Below, one piece after another: positions 1-9,142 of a DNA stretch of 64,000 nt. A program made the position numbers and the translations under genes. The notes under the pieces were generated by a model. The model was not told where the DNA came from and searched no databases. It saw only the letters and a list, made by a program, of their open reading frames with translations. The stretch is from an uncultured delta proteobacterium (GTDB lineage: Bacteria > Desulfobacterota > Desulfobacteria > Desulfobacterales > JAHEIW01). Positions within the stretch are counted from its first letter, which is position 1, and each line of letters starts with the position of its first letter. The DNA lies in NCBI GenBank assembly GCA_963706575.1, contig CAVPNL010000003.1:64001-128000 (forward strand), written 5' to 3'.

Positions 1-782
1 GTCGGAACCAAAAATGTCATGGTCACCTTTTCCTTTTCAATGGTCTCCAGCAGCAGTTTGGGGTCGAAGTGATCGATAATCACGCAGCGTCCCTTGCGCA
101 ACAACACCGGCAACATCAGACATCCGCCCGCATGGGTCAACGGAGTCGGATAGAGAAACACTTCCTCCCAGCCGAATCCAAGGTCGAGCATCTCTATCAG
201 AATCGTGTAGACCCAGGCCCTGTGAGAAAGCATGACGCCTTTGGGTTTACCCGTGGTGCCGCCTGTATAGTAGATTCCCACAAGATCTTCAGGATCGATT
301 TCGATCTTAGCGAATTCGGGCGGATGGTTTTCAATCAGGGTCTGCAAATGCAGATGGCCCTCCATCATGCGTGAAGGATCGTCACTGGCGCAAATGAAAT
401 GTTTGACCGTCTCTAACTGAGGCAGCATGTCTTTTACCCTCGAAGCTAAACTTTCATGATAGATTAGCGTTGTACACTCCGCCTGGTTTATCATGTAGAT
501 ATGGTCATTGGAACTCAGCAAAACCGCTAAGGGAACCCGGATACCGCCGATCTTGGCGATGGCGTATTCACAAAAAACATACTCGGGGCAATTGGCCATG
601 AGAAAGGCAATTTTGTCGCCTTTCTTCATACCAATTTTATTTTGCAAGGCATTGGCCAGGCATAGAGCCTTATGGCCCATCTCGTTGTAGCTGTAAGAAC
701 GGTCCTTGTATGTGATCGCCTTTCGATCGCCAAAAAAGTTTACGCAACGATCATAGTAATCGCCAATCGTTAAAGTTATCAT
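1..782 (-). CDS. AMP-binding acyl-CoA synthetase/ligase (5' part; runs off window start)
   Basis: Not in the ORF track because the stop lies outside the window. Manual translation from ATG at 782 gives MITLTIGDYYDRCVNFFGDRKAI...GDKIAFLMANCPEY...IYYTGGTTGKPKGVMLSH (ANL-family AMP-binding motif)...PLTHAGG. Confidence 0.9.
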   Translation of the reverse strand, partial: MITLTIGDYYDRCVNFFGDRKAITYKDRSYSYNEMGHKALCLANALQNKIGMKKGDKIAFLMANCPEYVFCEYAIAKIGGIRVPLAVLLSSNDHIYMINQAECTTLIYHESLASRVKDMLPQLETVKHFICASDDPSRMMEGHLHLQTLIENHPPEFAKIEIDPEDLVGIYYTGGTTGKPKGVMLSHRAWVYTILIEMLDLGFGWEEVFLYPTPLTHAGGCLMLPVLLRKGRCVIIDHFDPKLLLETIEKEKVTMTFLVP

Positions 783-898
783 TTTGGATTCCTTTTTAAT
801 TTTAAACACTTTAGAAATTTGGGGGAATAGCTAAATCGTCGCTTTTAAGCAGTTTATGGTTTTCAATCGGGTTTCTGCCTGCTCGTTTGATGCAAGAG

Positions 899-2158
899 TT
901 ATGCTTTCTGCAGGATATTGATGGCGCAGGCATACTCCTCGGTTGATATTACGCCCCCTCCGTTTTCGGTTAAGCCGATACGGGCTTTGGGCACCTGGCG
1001 CAGTCCGGCATCCCCTCGTAACTGGGTAGCAATTTCATAGATCATGGATAGTCCGGTTGAACCAACCGGATGTCCTTTCGATACGAGACCTCCCGAAGTG
1101 TTGATCGGAATGGTTCCATCCAGTTTGGTGGCACCGGATTCGATGAATTTTCCGCCTGTGCCGGTGGGGCAAAAACCCAGCATTTCCACCTGATATATTT
1201 CACAGAATGAAGTGGCGTCATGCACTTCAGCAACATTGATATCCTTCGCCTGGGTATCTGCCATTTCGTATGCTCTATCGGCCGCCCATTTACTGAGGCT
1301 GGGTTCGGAAATATTTCGGTGTTTGCCCGACGACAACACGCTGGCGGCCACTCTCACTGCTCGATTTTTTATATCGGAAGACTGGTTTGCAAGATAATCT
1401 TCAGAGCAAAGAATTGCGGCTGCCCCACCATCCCCAATAGGGGCACACATGGAACGCGTCAAAGGGTAGCTTACCTCGTAATCCTCTAAAACCTTTTCAA
1501 CCGGCACTTCAAACTGGTACTGGGCTTTGGGATTCAGGGAACCGTTATAGTGATTTTTACTGGCGCCTATGGCAATCTGTTCCTGAGTGGTGCCGTATTT
1601 CCACATGTGCCAGCATGCTTGCATGGCATAGGTGTCCATAAAGATGGTATGGCCAAGACCGATTTCAAAATCGCGTCCGCATTCTTTCGCCACAGCTCCA
1701 TATTCCTCTATAAGCCGCTGTTTGTCTCCCCTGTCAATGCCATGTTCATAGGCGAACAGCACCCGCTCCATATCCGGATGATAGAACTTATCGACACCGA
1801 TGGCCAGGGAGACATCACACTGCCCGCTCAAGATATCTTTCCAGGCCCCGTGAAAGGCCATGGAAGCAGTGGCACAGGCGCCTTCTACGTTAATAATGGG
1901 AATTCTTTCCGGAAAGAGCCCCTCCTCGACAAGCGGCGACATACAGACGTGACCGCGAATCAAGTCCTGATCCCACAACGTACCCATAGCGCAATTTGCG
2001 AACCAGGCAAATTCGATATCCTTGCCGTTCGGCATTCCGGCATCTTCAAGCACACCGAGGTAAGTTTCCCGCGTCAGATCTTTCAAAGATTTATCAAGCC
2101 ATTTTTTAAACTGGGTGCTGTAGGATCCGACAACATAAACGTCTCTTAATTTTTTCAT
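899..2158 (-). CDS. Thiolase family protein, SCP2/SCPx-type
   Basis: NVEGACATAS (nucleophilic Cys), EVHDA, NTSGGLVSKGHPVGSTG, ENGGG. Confidence 0.9.
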   Translation of the reverse strand: MKKLRDVYVVGSYSTQFKKWLDKSLKDLTRETYLGVLEDAGMPNGKDIEFAWFANCAMGTLWDQDLIRGHVCMSPLVEEGLFPERIPIINVEGACATASMAFHGAWKDILSGQCDVSLAIGVDKFYHPDMERVLFAYEHGIDRGDKQRLIEEYGAVAKECGRDFEIGLGHTIFMDTYAMQACWHMWKYGTTQEQIAIGASKNHYNGSLNPKAQYQFEVPVEKVLEDYEVSYPLTRSMCAPIGDGGAAAILCSEDYLANQSSDIKNRAVRVAASVLSSGKHRNISEPSLSKWAADRAYEMADTQAKDINVAEVHDATSFCEIYQVEMLGFCPTGTGGKFIESGATKLDGTIPINTSGGLVSKGHPVGSTGLSMIYEIATQLRGDAGLRQVPKARIGLTENGGGVISTEEYACAINILQKA

Positions 2159-2189
2159 TTGCTGTTCTCCAACAAAAAAGATGATGCCA

Positions 2190-2639
2190 TCAGGTGCGCA
2201 TGTGAAACATCATTTTGTAGTCAAAAACCATGACATCCTCATCTTTTTGGTTTTTTACCGTGTAACGCCAGGTCTGGATGCCCTTGTCCGGTTTGCTGGT
2301 TTCTTGCTTGTCGGTTACCTCAACGACAACCCGGACGGTATCACCGATTTTGACGGGCGCCGTCATTTTCATGTTGTCCACGCCAAGCCATGCCACCGCC
2401 GCATCACCTCCAAATCCAGCCATACTCACGAGCCCCACCGCCATGCCGAAAATAAGCGGGCCATGAGCCAGGCGTTCCCCGAACTCCGTTTTGGCTGCGT
2501 ATTCTTTATCCATGTGGAGGGGATAAAAATCCATCGTCAATCCGGCCCAGTTCACCAAATGTGTCTCGGTTACAGTAATCGCGGCGGTAGTATAGACATC
2601 CCCGATACTGAAATCGTCACCATATTTGCTGTGTTCCAT
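2190..2639 (-). CDS. MaoC-family (R)-hydratase/dehydratase
   Basis: Hotdog hydratase motif DFYPLHMDKEYA...FGERLAHG; PVKIGDT; RBS GAGGTG upstream. Confidence 0.9.
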   Translation of the reverse strand: MEHSKYGDDFSIGDVYTTAAITVTETHLVNWAGLTMDFYPLHMDKEYAAKTEFGERLAHGPLIFGMAVGLVSMAGFGGDAAVAWLGVDNMKMTAPVKIGDTVRVVVEVTDKQETSKPDKGIQTWRYTVKNQKDEDVMVFDYKMMFHMRT

Positions 2640-2888
2640 AGTTCACCTCGTTATTATCCTTTTATCCTTTACCCGCAGTTGTTTTATTTTTGCCCCAAAA
2701 ATAGGGTTCACTGTACCCGGTTTTAAAAGCAACAACGAAAGCACGGATGTGCTTTTGCTTTTTTCGGTCTATGGCCGAAAATTCAAGCCAACCGCCATGC
2801 GGGTGGTCGTCGGTTCCTAATTTGTAACCTCAGAAAGAGGATAGTATTGATCTTGTTTGTAATAGTACAACGCGATAACTGTCAAAAT

Positions 2889-3302
2889 TCAGGTTTTAAC
2901 CGGTCTGAATTTCGGGAGCGTAAAATCATCGTTCAATTTTTCAAAAGTAACTTCGACCGGCATATCACAGGTAAGTTCATCCGGATCGCACTCTACAATA
3001 TTGCTCAGCATCTGGACGCCTTCGTCCAATTTTATGAGGGCGACGACATATGGCATATCATTGATAAACGCTGATGGTGAGTTGTTCATGACCACCGTAT
3101 AGGAATAAATCGTTCCTTTTCCTGAGGCCTCCACCCACTCCAGGTTTTGTGAAAAGCAGTGAGGACAAACCAATCTTGGATAAAATACGTGCTTGTTGCA
3201 GTCCCGGCATTTTTGGATAATCAATCGCTGCTCACGAGCTGCCTCCCAAAAAGGCATTGCCCAAGGATTCACATCAGGAATCGGTTTTGGGGGGGTATCC
3301 AT
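2889..3302 (-). CDS. DUF35-type Zn-ribbon/OB-fold protein (ChsH2 C-terminal/BbsA-like)
   Basis: PFWEAAREQRL, CRDC...YPRLVCPHC, G.IYSYTVV, PYVVALIKLDEG. Confidence 0.9.
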   Translation of the reverse strand: MDTPPKPIPDVNPWAMPFWEAAREQRLIIQKCRDCNKHVFYPRLVCPHCFSQNLEWVEASGKGTIYSYTVVMNNSPSAFINDMPYVVALIKLDEGVQMLSNIVECDPDELTCDMPVEVTFEKLNDDFTLPKFRPVKT

Positions 3303-3316
3303 ATTCTTTCTCCTTT

Positions 3317-4501
3317 CTAAGGAATCTCTGTTCCAAAAATGGTAACCTGTGCGTCCATATAGGTGCCGCCGGTTCCTGTTTCCACGGCAAACCGTGCATC
3401 CGGTACTTGCCGTTCTCCGGCTTTTCCCATGAGCTGACGGGCTGCCTCCACAACAAGAGAGACCCCGCCGCCGGCACCGATATGACCTTTTGACAGCATG
3501 CCCCCATCGGTGGTACAGGGGATTTTGCCCCCCGGCCAGGTCTCACCGCGCAGGAACATTTCCCCGCCGGCACCTCTTTCACAGAAACCCAGCTCTTCAA
3601 AGGCGATGAGCTGATAAATAGGATACGAATCGTAAATCTCTGCCACATCAATATCGCCGGGCATCAGGCCCGCCTCTCTGAAAGCCTGTTTGGCGGCCCG
3701 GGCCCACCCAAATCGGCTGATATCCGGCTCCTGAGAATAGACATGATGGGTAACGATGCCACCCTCTCCCAATATATAAACAGGCTTGTTGGGAAGATCC
3801 TTTGCACGCTCAGACGAGGTGACAATAAAGGCCGAACCGCCGTCAAAAAGCATGTTGGACATTTTGGCCCGTAACGGCGTGGAAAGCATCTTGGATGCCA
3901 TTACTTCATCAATGGATAAGGGTTTTCTGAAGAAAGCATGAGGGTTGAGTTCGGCCCACTTGCGGTTGGAAACACAAATAGCGGCAAAGTGCTCGTCCGT
4001 GCATCCGGTTTCATACTTGTAGCGCGTCGTCGACAATGCGGCCACCGTGGAGTAATGCTGTCCGAAGGGAACCTCCCATTCAGGCGAAATCCCCGATACG
4101 GAAAACAGATCTATGCCGCCCTGCCCCGTAACGCCGGTACCCAATTTTTCGGAATGAACATACAACACGGTGTTGGCCGTACCACTGGCAATCATACTGC
4201 CGGCCATCTGCAAGCCGGTGCTGCCGCTGGATCCACCTGAAAAGATCAAACAATTCTTTTGACAGTTTTTCAAGCCCAGTTCTTCAGCAATCCGCGCTGT
4301 TGTTAGTTCACCGATATAGGAAAAACTGAACATGGCGGCTGTCGGCATTACAAAGTCGATTTCGTCTTTGTCAATGCCCGCATCCTCGATAGCAAGTCTA
4401 GCCGATTCCACGGCATGGTAGATCGCCGGCTTGTCTGGGAATCTTCCAGTGGGTACCTCGCCGATGCCGACTATTGCGACTTTTCCTTTTAAACCACCCA
4501 T
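3317..4501 (-). CDS. Thiolase-fold protein lacking the nucleophilic Cys (Ltp2-like, putative retro-aldolase)
   Basis: AIVGIGE; FSGGSSG where thiolases have Cys; EIYDSY; TDGGMLSKGH; lies directly upstream of the DUF35 gene. Confidence 0.85.
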   Translation of the reverse strand: MGGLKGKVAIVGIGEVPTGRFPDKPAIYHAVESARLAIEDAGIDKDEIDFVMPTAAMFSFSYIGELTTARIAEELGLKNCQKNCLIFSGGSSGSTGLQMAGSMIASGTANTVLYVHSEKLGTGVTGQGGIDLFSVSGISPEWEVPFGQHYSTVAALSTTRYKYETGCTDEHFAAICVSNRKWAELNPHAFFRKPLSIDEVMASKMLSTPLRAKMSNMLFDGGSAFIVTSSERAKDLPNKPVYILGEGGIVTHHVYSQEPDISRFGWARAAKQAFREAGLMPGDIDVAEIYDSYPIYQLIAFEELGFCERGAGGEMFLRGETWPGGKIPCTTDGGMLSKGHIGAGGGVSLVVEAARQLMGKAGERQVPDARFAVETGTGGTYMDAQVTIFGTEIP

Positions 4502-4583
4502 AAAAACCTCCTTGTTGCTTGACGCAATTTCATCATCAGGACTTAGTTGCTACGGTAATTCAAATTTTCTCAAGTTAATCCAT

Positions 4584-5504
4584 TCAATCAATTTGAGCTT
4601 TCAATTTGGGATTGCAAAAAGGTTCTCCCAATGTTTGGCATACGCTGATGTAATCTTCCACCATTTCGTGAATAACCGTTGTTGCAGACTTAATTTCATC
4701 AGTCTGGGCCACACTCTGACCGGCGCTCCAATAATCGCGCCAACGTTTAGAGCCTACTTCCGGCCTTTCATCAAAATCCTTTATGCTTTCAGCGAGCCAA
4801 CTGGCAGGGTTGCCGGTAATTCGAGACGTGCAGATGATATCCTCGGGACCGGCTGCTACGACGGCTTTCTTATATTTCGGCGCTGCACGGGATTCCGTGG
4901 TAGCAACCAGGCGGGTACCGACGACCACGCCACAGGCTCCCACGGCCATTGCGGCCACCATCTGGCAGCCGGTACTTATTCCCCCTGCTGCTATGACAGG
5001 AAGGCCTGTTTTGGATTTGAGATATGGAACCAGTATATGGGTCGGAACCGTTCCGCAGTGCCCTCCGGCACCGGACGCCACGGCTATGAGCCCGTCCACA
5101 CCTTTATCCCGGGCTTTCAAACCCTGTTTGAGAGAGGCCACATCGGAAAAAACCTTGCCGCCGTTGGCATGAACGTCATCGAGGATAAGGCGGGGATCTC
5201 CTAAAGCTGTGATGAAGAATTTTACTCCGGCATCCAGGCACAGGGCCAGTTGCTCCTTCCACTCGAATTTTCCAGAGGTGTGGATGTTGACACCAATCGG
5301 TTTGTCTGTTTTCTCCCTAATTTTTTTTAGCGTGTATTTCAGATCTTCAATGGTTCTGAAGTTTGGCAGCGGAATGGCTCCCAGCCCTCCCGCTTTGGCA
5401 ACCGCAATAACCAATTCTTCATAAGATACTAGAAACATGGGCGCCCCGATGATGGGATAATCAACGTCTATCATTCTGGTAAATTCTGTTTCAATTATTG
5501 GCAT
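4584..5504 (-). CDS. Nitronate monooxygenase/FabK-like FMN oxidoreductase
   Basis: YPIIGAPM, AGGLG, AGGHCG, PVIAAGGI, GTRLVATTES. Confidence 0.85.
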   Translation of the reverse strand: MPIIETEFTRMIDVDYPIIGAPMFLVSYEELVIAVAKAGGLGAIPLPNFRTIEDLKYTLKKIREKTDKPIGVNIHTSGKFEWKEQLALCLDAGVKFFITALGDPRLILDDVHANGGKVFSDVASLKQGLKARDKGVDGLIAVASGAGGHCGTVPTHILVPYLKSKTGLPVIAAGGISTGCQMVAAMAVGACGVVVGTRLVATTESRAAPKYKKAVVAAGPEDIICTSRITGNPASWLAESIKDFDERPEVGSKRWRDYWSAGQSVAQTDEIKSATTVIHEMVEDYISVCQTLGEPFCNPKLKAQID

Positions 5505-5539
5505 GCAAATACCTGTCCTTTATAGAAGGTCAAGATCTC

Positions 5540-6106
5540 TTAATCCACCAGCATGAGACAGTACTCATTGTTGGTTTCAGTTTTTTTGCTAAGGGTTTTA
5601 ATAAAAAAACCATTATTGCGTGCTGTTTGAAACACATCCATTCCGCAAGCCTCCATGCAGGGCCTGGCTTTGCTCAGGAATTTACAGGGATTGTCTTCCA
5701 ATTTAGAGCATTTTTTACAGAGTCGGCACGGGCCTGCCAAAAAGACAAAGGCTTTATAAAATCCGTCTTTAAACAGTTCTGCTTCCAGATCCACCAGCAT
5801 GTTAAAAAATTTGCGATAATGCTTTTCTTTTTGCGGCATATGAGGGACTGCGATATGAAACAGAATGGCGCGTTGATACGCATCCAGAATTTCTCTGGTC
5901 TGATCGGGCGTAGGGGTATGCGGCGGGCAGCAATGTCCTTTACCGTATCCGGGGCAACCGAAATGGCATTTCAAGGGGACCCAGGGCGCCGTCACCACAG
6001 TATCGGGATGAATCTGCTTGGCATGGGTTGCACCTCCCTTGATTGCAGATTTGCAGTATTTCTCCAGATCTTTGTCTTTGATCGAAACTTTTTTTCTGGG
6101 TGGCAT
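5540..6106 (-). CDS. DUF2284-like Cys-rich metal-binding protein
   Basis: LKCHFGCPGYG...CCPP and GPCRLCKKC...ARPCMEACGMDV pattern. Confidence 0.75.
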   Translation of the reverse strand: MPPRKKVSIKDKDLEKYCKSAIKGGATHAKQIHPDTVVTAPWVPLKCHFGCPGYGKGHCCPPHTPTPDQTREILDAYQRAILFHIAVPHMPQKEKHYRKFFNMLVDLEAELFKDGFYKAFVFLAGPCRLCKKCSKLEDNPCKFLSKARPCMEACGMDVFQTARNNGFFIKTLSKKTETNNEYCLMLVD

Positions 6107-6151
6107 AAACGGTTTCCTTTAATTGGTGTTATAGTGGATCGGATTTGTGTT

Positions 6152-6928
6152 TTAGATTATTTTGCAGATCGAAAACCCCCCGTCCACTACCAGGTCCTGA
6201 CCGGTAATATGACGTGCCGCATCGGAGACCATAAAAACGACGGCGTCTCCAATGTCCCCCTGCTCTCCCAAACGACAGGATGGTGTCAAACGTGCAAGAG
6301 ATTCCTTCGTTTTACCATCACCGAACAGCGGTTCCAGCATGCCGGTAGCCCATGGGCCGGGTGAAACCGAATTTACCCGGATATTGTACCTGGCCCACTC
6401 AAAGGCTAACGAGCGTGTAATCTGCATCAAGGCCGCCTTGGTGGCTCCATATAAACAGGCAAAGTTCATGGCCGTTTGGCCCAATTGAGAGGTGATGAAA
6501 ATTATAGAACCTCCTCCGATGGATTGCATATGCTCTGCCAGGAGTTGACTCAGAAAGAAGCCACCCTTTATATTCGTGTTCATCATCATGTCGAAGTCGA
6601 TTTGGGTGAAACGCTCGGCTTTTTTAAATACATTCATGGCGGCATTATTCACGACAATATCCACATGGTCGAAATCTTCCAAACTATTTTTTGCCAGTTT
6701 TTGAACATCTGAAGGATCGGCCAAATCCGCTGCAATGATACTGGACCGCCTGCCGCAATCGTTAATTCGCTTTGCGGTTTTCTTCAGACGCTCGCTGTTG
6801 CGACCCGAAACAATGACATTCGCCCCGGCGCGAGCCAGAGCCATGCTGATATCCCTACCAATCGCACCGGAGGCACCGGTGACCAGCGCCGTTTTACCTT
6901 CAAGATTAAATGGGTTTTGAATCGTCAT
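6152..6928 (-). CDS. SDR-family oxidoreductase
   Basis: TGASGAIG, NNAA, YGATK, VDGG. Start moved from 6952 to ATG 6928 because GGAGG precedes it. Confidence 0.9.
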   Translation of the reverse strand: MTIQNPFNLEGKTALVTGASGAIGRDISMALARAGANVIVSGRNSERLKKTAKRINDCGRRSSIIAADLADPSDVQKLAKNSLEDFDHVDIVVNNAAMNVFKKAERFTQIDFDMMMNTNIKGGFFLSQLLAEHMQSIGGGSIIFITSQLGQTAMNFACLYGATKAALMQITRSLAFEWARYNIRVNSVSPGPWATGMLEPLFGDGKTKESLARLTPSCRLGEQGDIGDAVVFMVSDAARHITGQDLVVDGGFSICKII

Positions 6929-6951
6929 TTTTGGCAATCCTCCAACAATCA

Positions 6952-7647
6952 TTACTGCGCCGGCGAAAGACGCCTTTTTACATCTTCCACCACTCTATGA
7001 GCTGTTTCGGCTACGGCCGGAAGTGCAATCATCCCCGGTGATTTTACGCCGTCACCAACATTATAGAGATTTACGAGCGGTGTTTTTAGCGGCATGTCGT
7101 CACCGGGCCAGGCATGCATTGCCGGCCATTCGCCGTGAAAGGTTCCGGATAAAAGAACCTCGGCATGGGCTTCAAATCCGGGGAGAAGGTCTCTGAGATC
7201 CTGAAAGCATAGATCGAGTTCCGCTTTGGCATTGAGCGGCGGCGAAGTCGAAGCCGGCGCTGCACCGGCAACAAGTAAGTGTTTGCCTGGCGGTGCAATT
7301 TCCGGGCATACGTTGGTTGCCGCCGAGAATAGTGCCCGAAATCCGCCTTTTCGCGGGACTTCGCAGATTTCTCCGTTCACCAGATAAGATGGAGGGCCGG
7401 CCGGTCGAACATCGAATTCGGCCCCCACCTGACGGAAGGTCTCTTCTAAAAAGCCGCCCATTTCCGGGCCGATAGCTCCTGCTGCACACTTAAATCCTTT
7501 ATATTCGATGGTGGAGCAGCGACCGCCGATGCGAGGCAGTCGCTCTGCAACCAGCGTCTGATAGCCGGCATGCGAAAGCAGTGCCGCAGCACACAGGCCT
7601 CCCATCCCGGCGCCGAGCACCAGCACATCGCAGCTTTTCTGCGTCAT
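6952..7647 (-). pseudogene. Phytoene-desaturase-like FAD oxidoreductase with apparent in-frame internal deletion
   Basis: N-terminal GAGMGG/ERLPRIGGRC FAD motif joins directly to C-terminal motifs (NVCPEIAPPGKH, NLYNVGDG). Only 231 aa versus 526 aa for the family member at 19451. Confidence 0.6.
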
Positions 7648-7829
7648 GGGTCTCCGTTCTCCAGAACCGCTTCCTTCAATGCTTCCACCGGGCAGTATTC
7701 AAGACATGCCAGACAATCAATACAATTATCGTTTACGTGCGCCTGCCCATAGCACGAAATGGCATCCTCAGGACAATACGGCACGCACAGGGCGCAGCCA
7801 ACGCAAAGATTTTCATCTGCCGAGATCAT
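7644..7829 (-). CDS. 2x[4Fe-4S] ferredoxin
   Basis: CVGCALCVPYCP and CIDCLACLEYCP. Confidence 0.9.
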   Translation of the reverse strand: MISADENLCVGCALCVPYCPEDAISCYGQAHVNDNCIDCLACLEYCPVEALKEAVLENGDP

Positions 7830-7857
7830 TAGCCATTCTATCCATTAGGTATCATCG

Positions 7858-7893
7858 GCAGGCTCCGGAAATTGCCCAATCTCCGGAGCCTGC
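7858..7893. terminator. Strong intergenic hairpin after the substrate-binding protein gene (terminator or mRNA stabiliser)
   Basis: Perfect 12-bp stem GCAGGCTCCGGA/TCCGGAGCCTGC; no U-tract on the minus strand. Confidence 0.55.
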
Positions 7894-7919
7894 AGGTTTA
7901 GCGGTTTAAATGAATGACA

Positions 7920-9122
7920 TTAGTCCTGGGGTGTCTTCGGCTCTTTAATCGGGCTGATTGTAACAAACCGCTTGTTTTTAGCATCCGCTTTGACTACCAG
8001 GGATGAAAAATGGCCGGCATGACGTTTGGGTGTGAACGTAATATTTGGACACATCCCACCGACATCCAGATCGTTGACTTTCTCCAAACCCTTGATTAAT
8101 GCTTCGGGGGTCAAGTTCGGACCGGCCTGCTTTAAACCTTCCACCATGGCCGCAAAATAGGTCCAGGATCCAAAAAACATGGGTGCCGGAAAGGGCGACG
8201 TGGCCACCTTATCAAGAACCCCGTATTTCTTGAGAATATCCTGGGTTCGTTGAGGGGTATCTTCCCAGGGAACATACGGCGTCACAGCCATGTAGCCGTC
8301 CGATAGTTCTCCGAGCGGCGGGAAGATGAGACGGTAAGCGGTCGTATTATTTCCGATAACTTTGACGTCCCAATTCATTGCACGCTTTTCTTTTAGAATG
8401 GAACCGGATTGGGGGATATAGGTCCAGGCAAGGATCCAATCTACATTAGCTTCCTTCATCATCCGCATCTGGGGTGACAAATCGATCGTCCCGATTTTAT
8501 AAGGGGCTTCTTTTACCAGCTTGGTTTTCATGAACTTGGCCGCTGCCCGGGCACCTTCCAAGCCGTCGCGTCCAAAGTCATCATCCTGGTAGATTATACC
8601 GATGCGGGCTTTGGGATTTTGTTCCAAAGCAAACTCGACGGCGCGTGACCCCATATTGAATTGGGTGGAATAAGGTACAAATACCCATTTATTGCCCGGG
8701 TTGTAGAAGCGTTTGTTGGCTCCGTGCGGCATCATAACAACTTTGTTTTCTTCGCAAAGCGGAATGATGGCACTGGACCCGGAACTTCCCAGGTTAAATC
8801 CGATGGCAAAAATTTCGTCTTTAAAAATGACTTTTTTTGCCGCTGCCAGGGTCGTGTTGGGTAAAATCCCATTGTCTTCGACAATGAGCTTGATCTTTCT
8901 GCCATGGACACCACCCTGGTCGTTGATGTACTTAATGTAAGTTTCTGCACCTAATGCCAGCGGAGGGCCGGCAAATTTTCCCGGACCCGAGAAATCGACC
9001 AGACACGCCAATTTAATTTCGTTTTGGGTAACACCCCGCACATCCTCCGCCCACATTGTGCCGGCCCAGAGACACATTGACACTGCCAGCAAAAGACACA
9101 AAACAATTCTTCTTTTTTGCAT
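7920..9122 (-). CDS. ABC transporter substrate-binding protein, LivJ/K-like
   Basis: Signal peptide; GVTQNEIKL; INDQGGVHGRKIKL; YQDDDFGRDG. Confidence 0.9.
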   Translation of the reverse strand: MQKRRIVLCLLLAVSMCLWAGTMWAEDVRGVTQNEIKLACLVDFSGPGKFAGPPLALGAETYIKYINDQGGVHGRKIKLIVEDNGILPNTTLAAAKKVIFKDEIFAIGFNLGSSGSSAIIPLCEENKVVMMPHGANKRFYNPGNKWVFVPYSTQFNMGSRAVEFALEQNPKARIGIIYQDDDFGRDGLEGARAAAKFMKTKLVKEAPYKIGTIDLSPQMRMMKEANVDWILAWTYIPQSGSILKEKRAMNWDVKVIGNNTTAYRLIFPPLGELSDGYMAVTPYVPWEDTPQRTQDILKKYGVLDKVATSPFPAPMFFGSWTYFAAMVEGLKQAGPNLTPEALIKGLEKVNDLDVGGMCPNITFTPKRHAGHFSSLVVKADAKNKRFVTISPIKEPKTPQD

Positions 9123-9142
9123 GAGACGCCTCCTTTCGTTGG

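Noticed and set aside
69..690. Plus-strand ORFs 69..374 and 508..690, and the many similar overlapping ORFs in the track
   Set aside because: Antisense or alternate-frame shadows of well-supported genes, with no motifs of their own
4584..5504. Literal O2-dependent nitronate monooxygenase activity
   Set aside because: Family label only; the beta-oxidation context fits an enoyl-thioester reductase-like role at least as well
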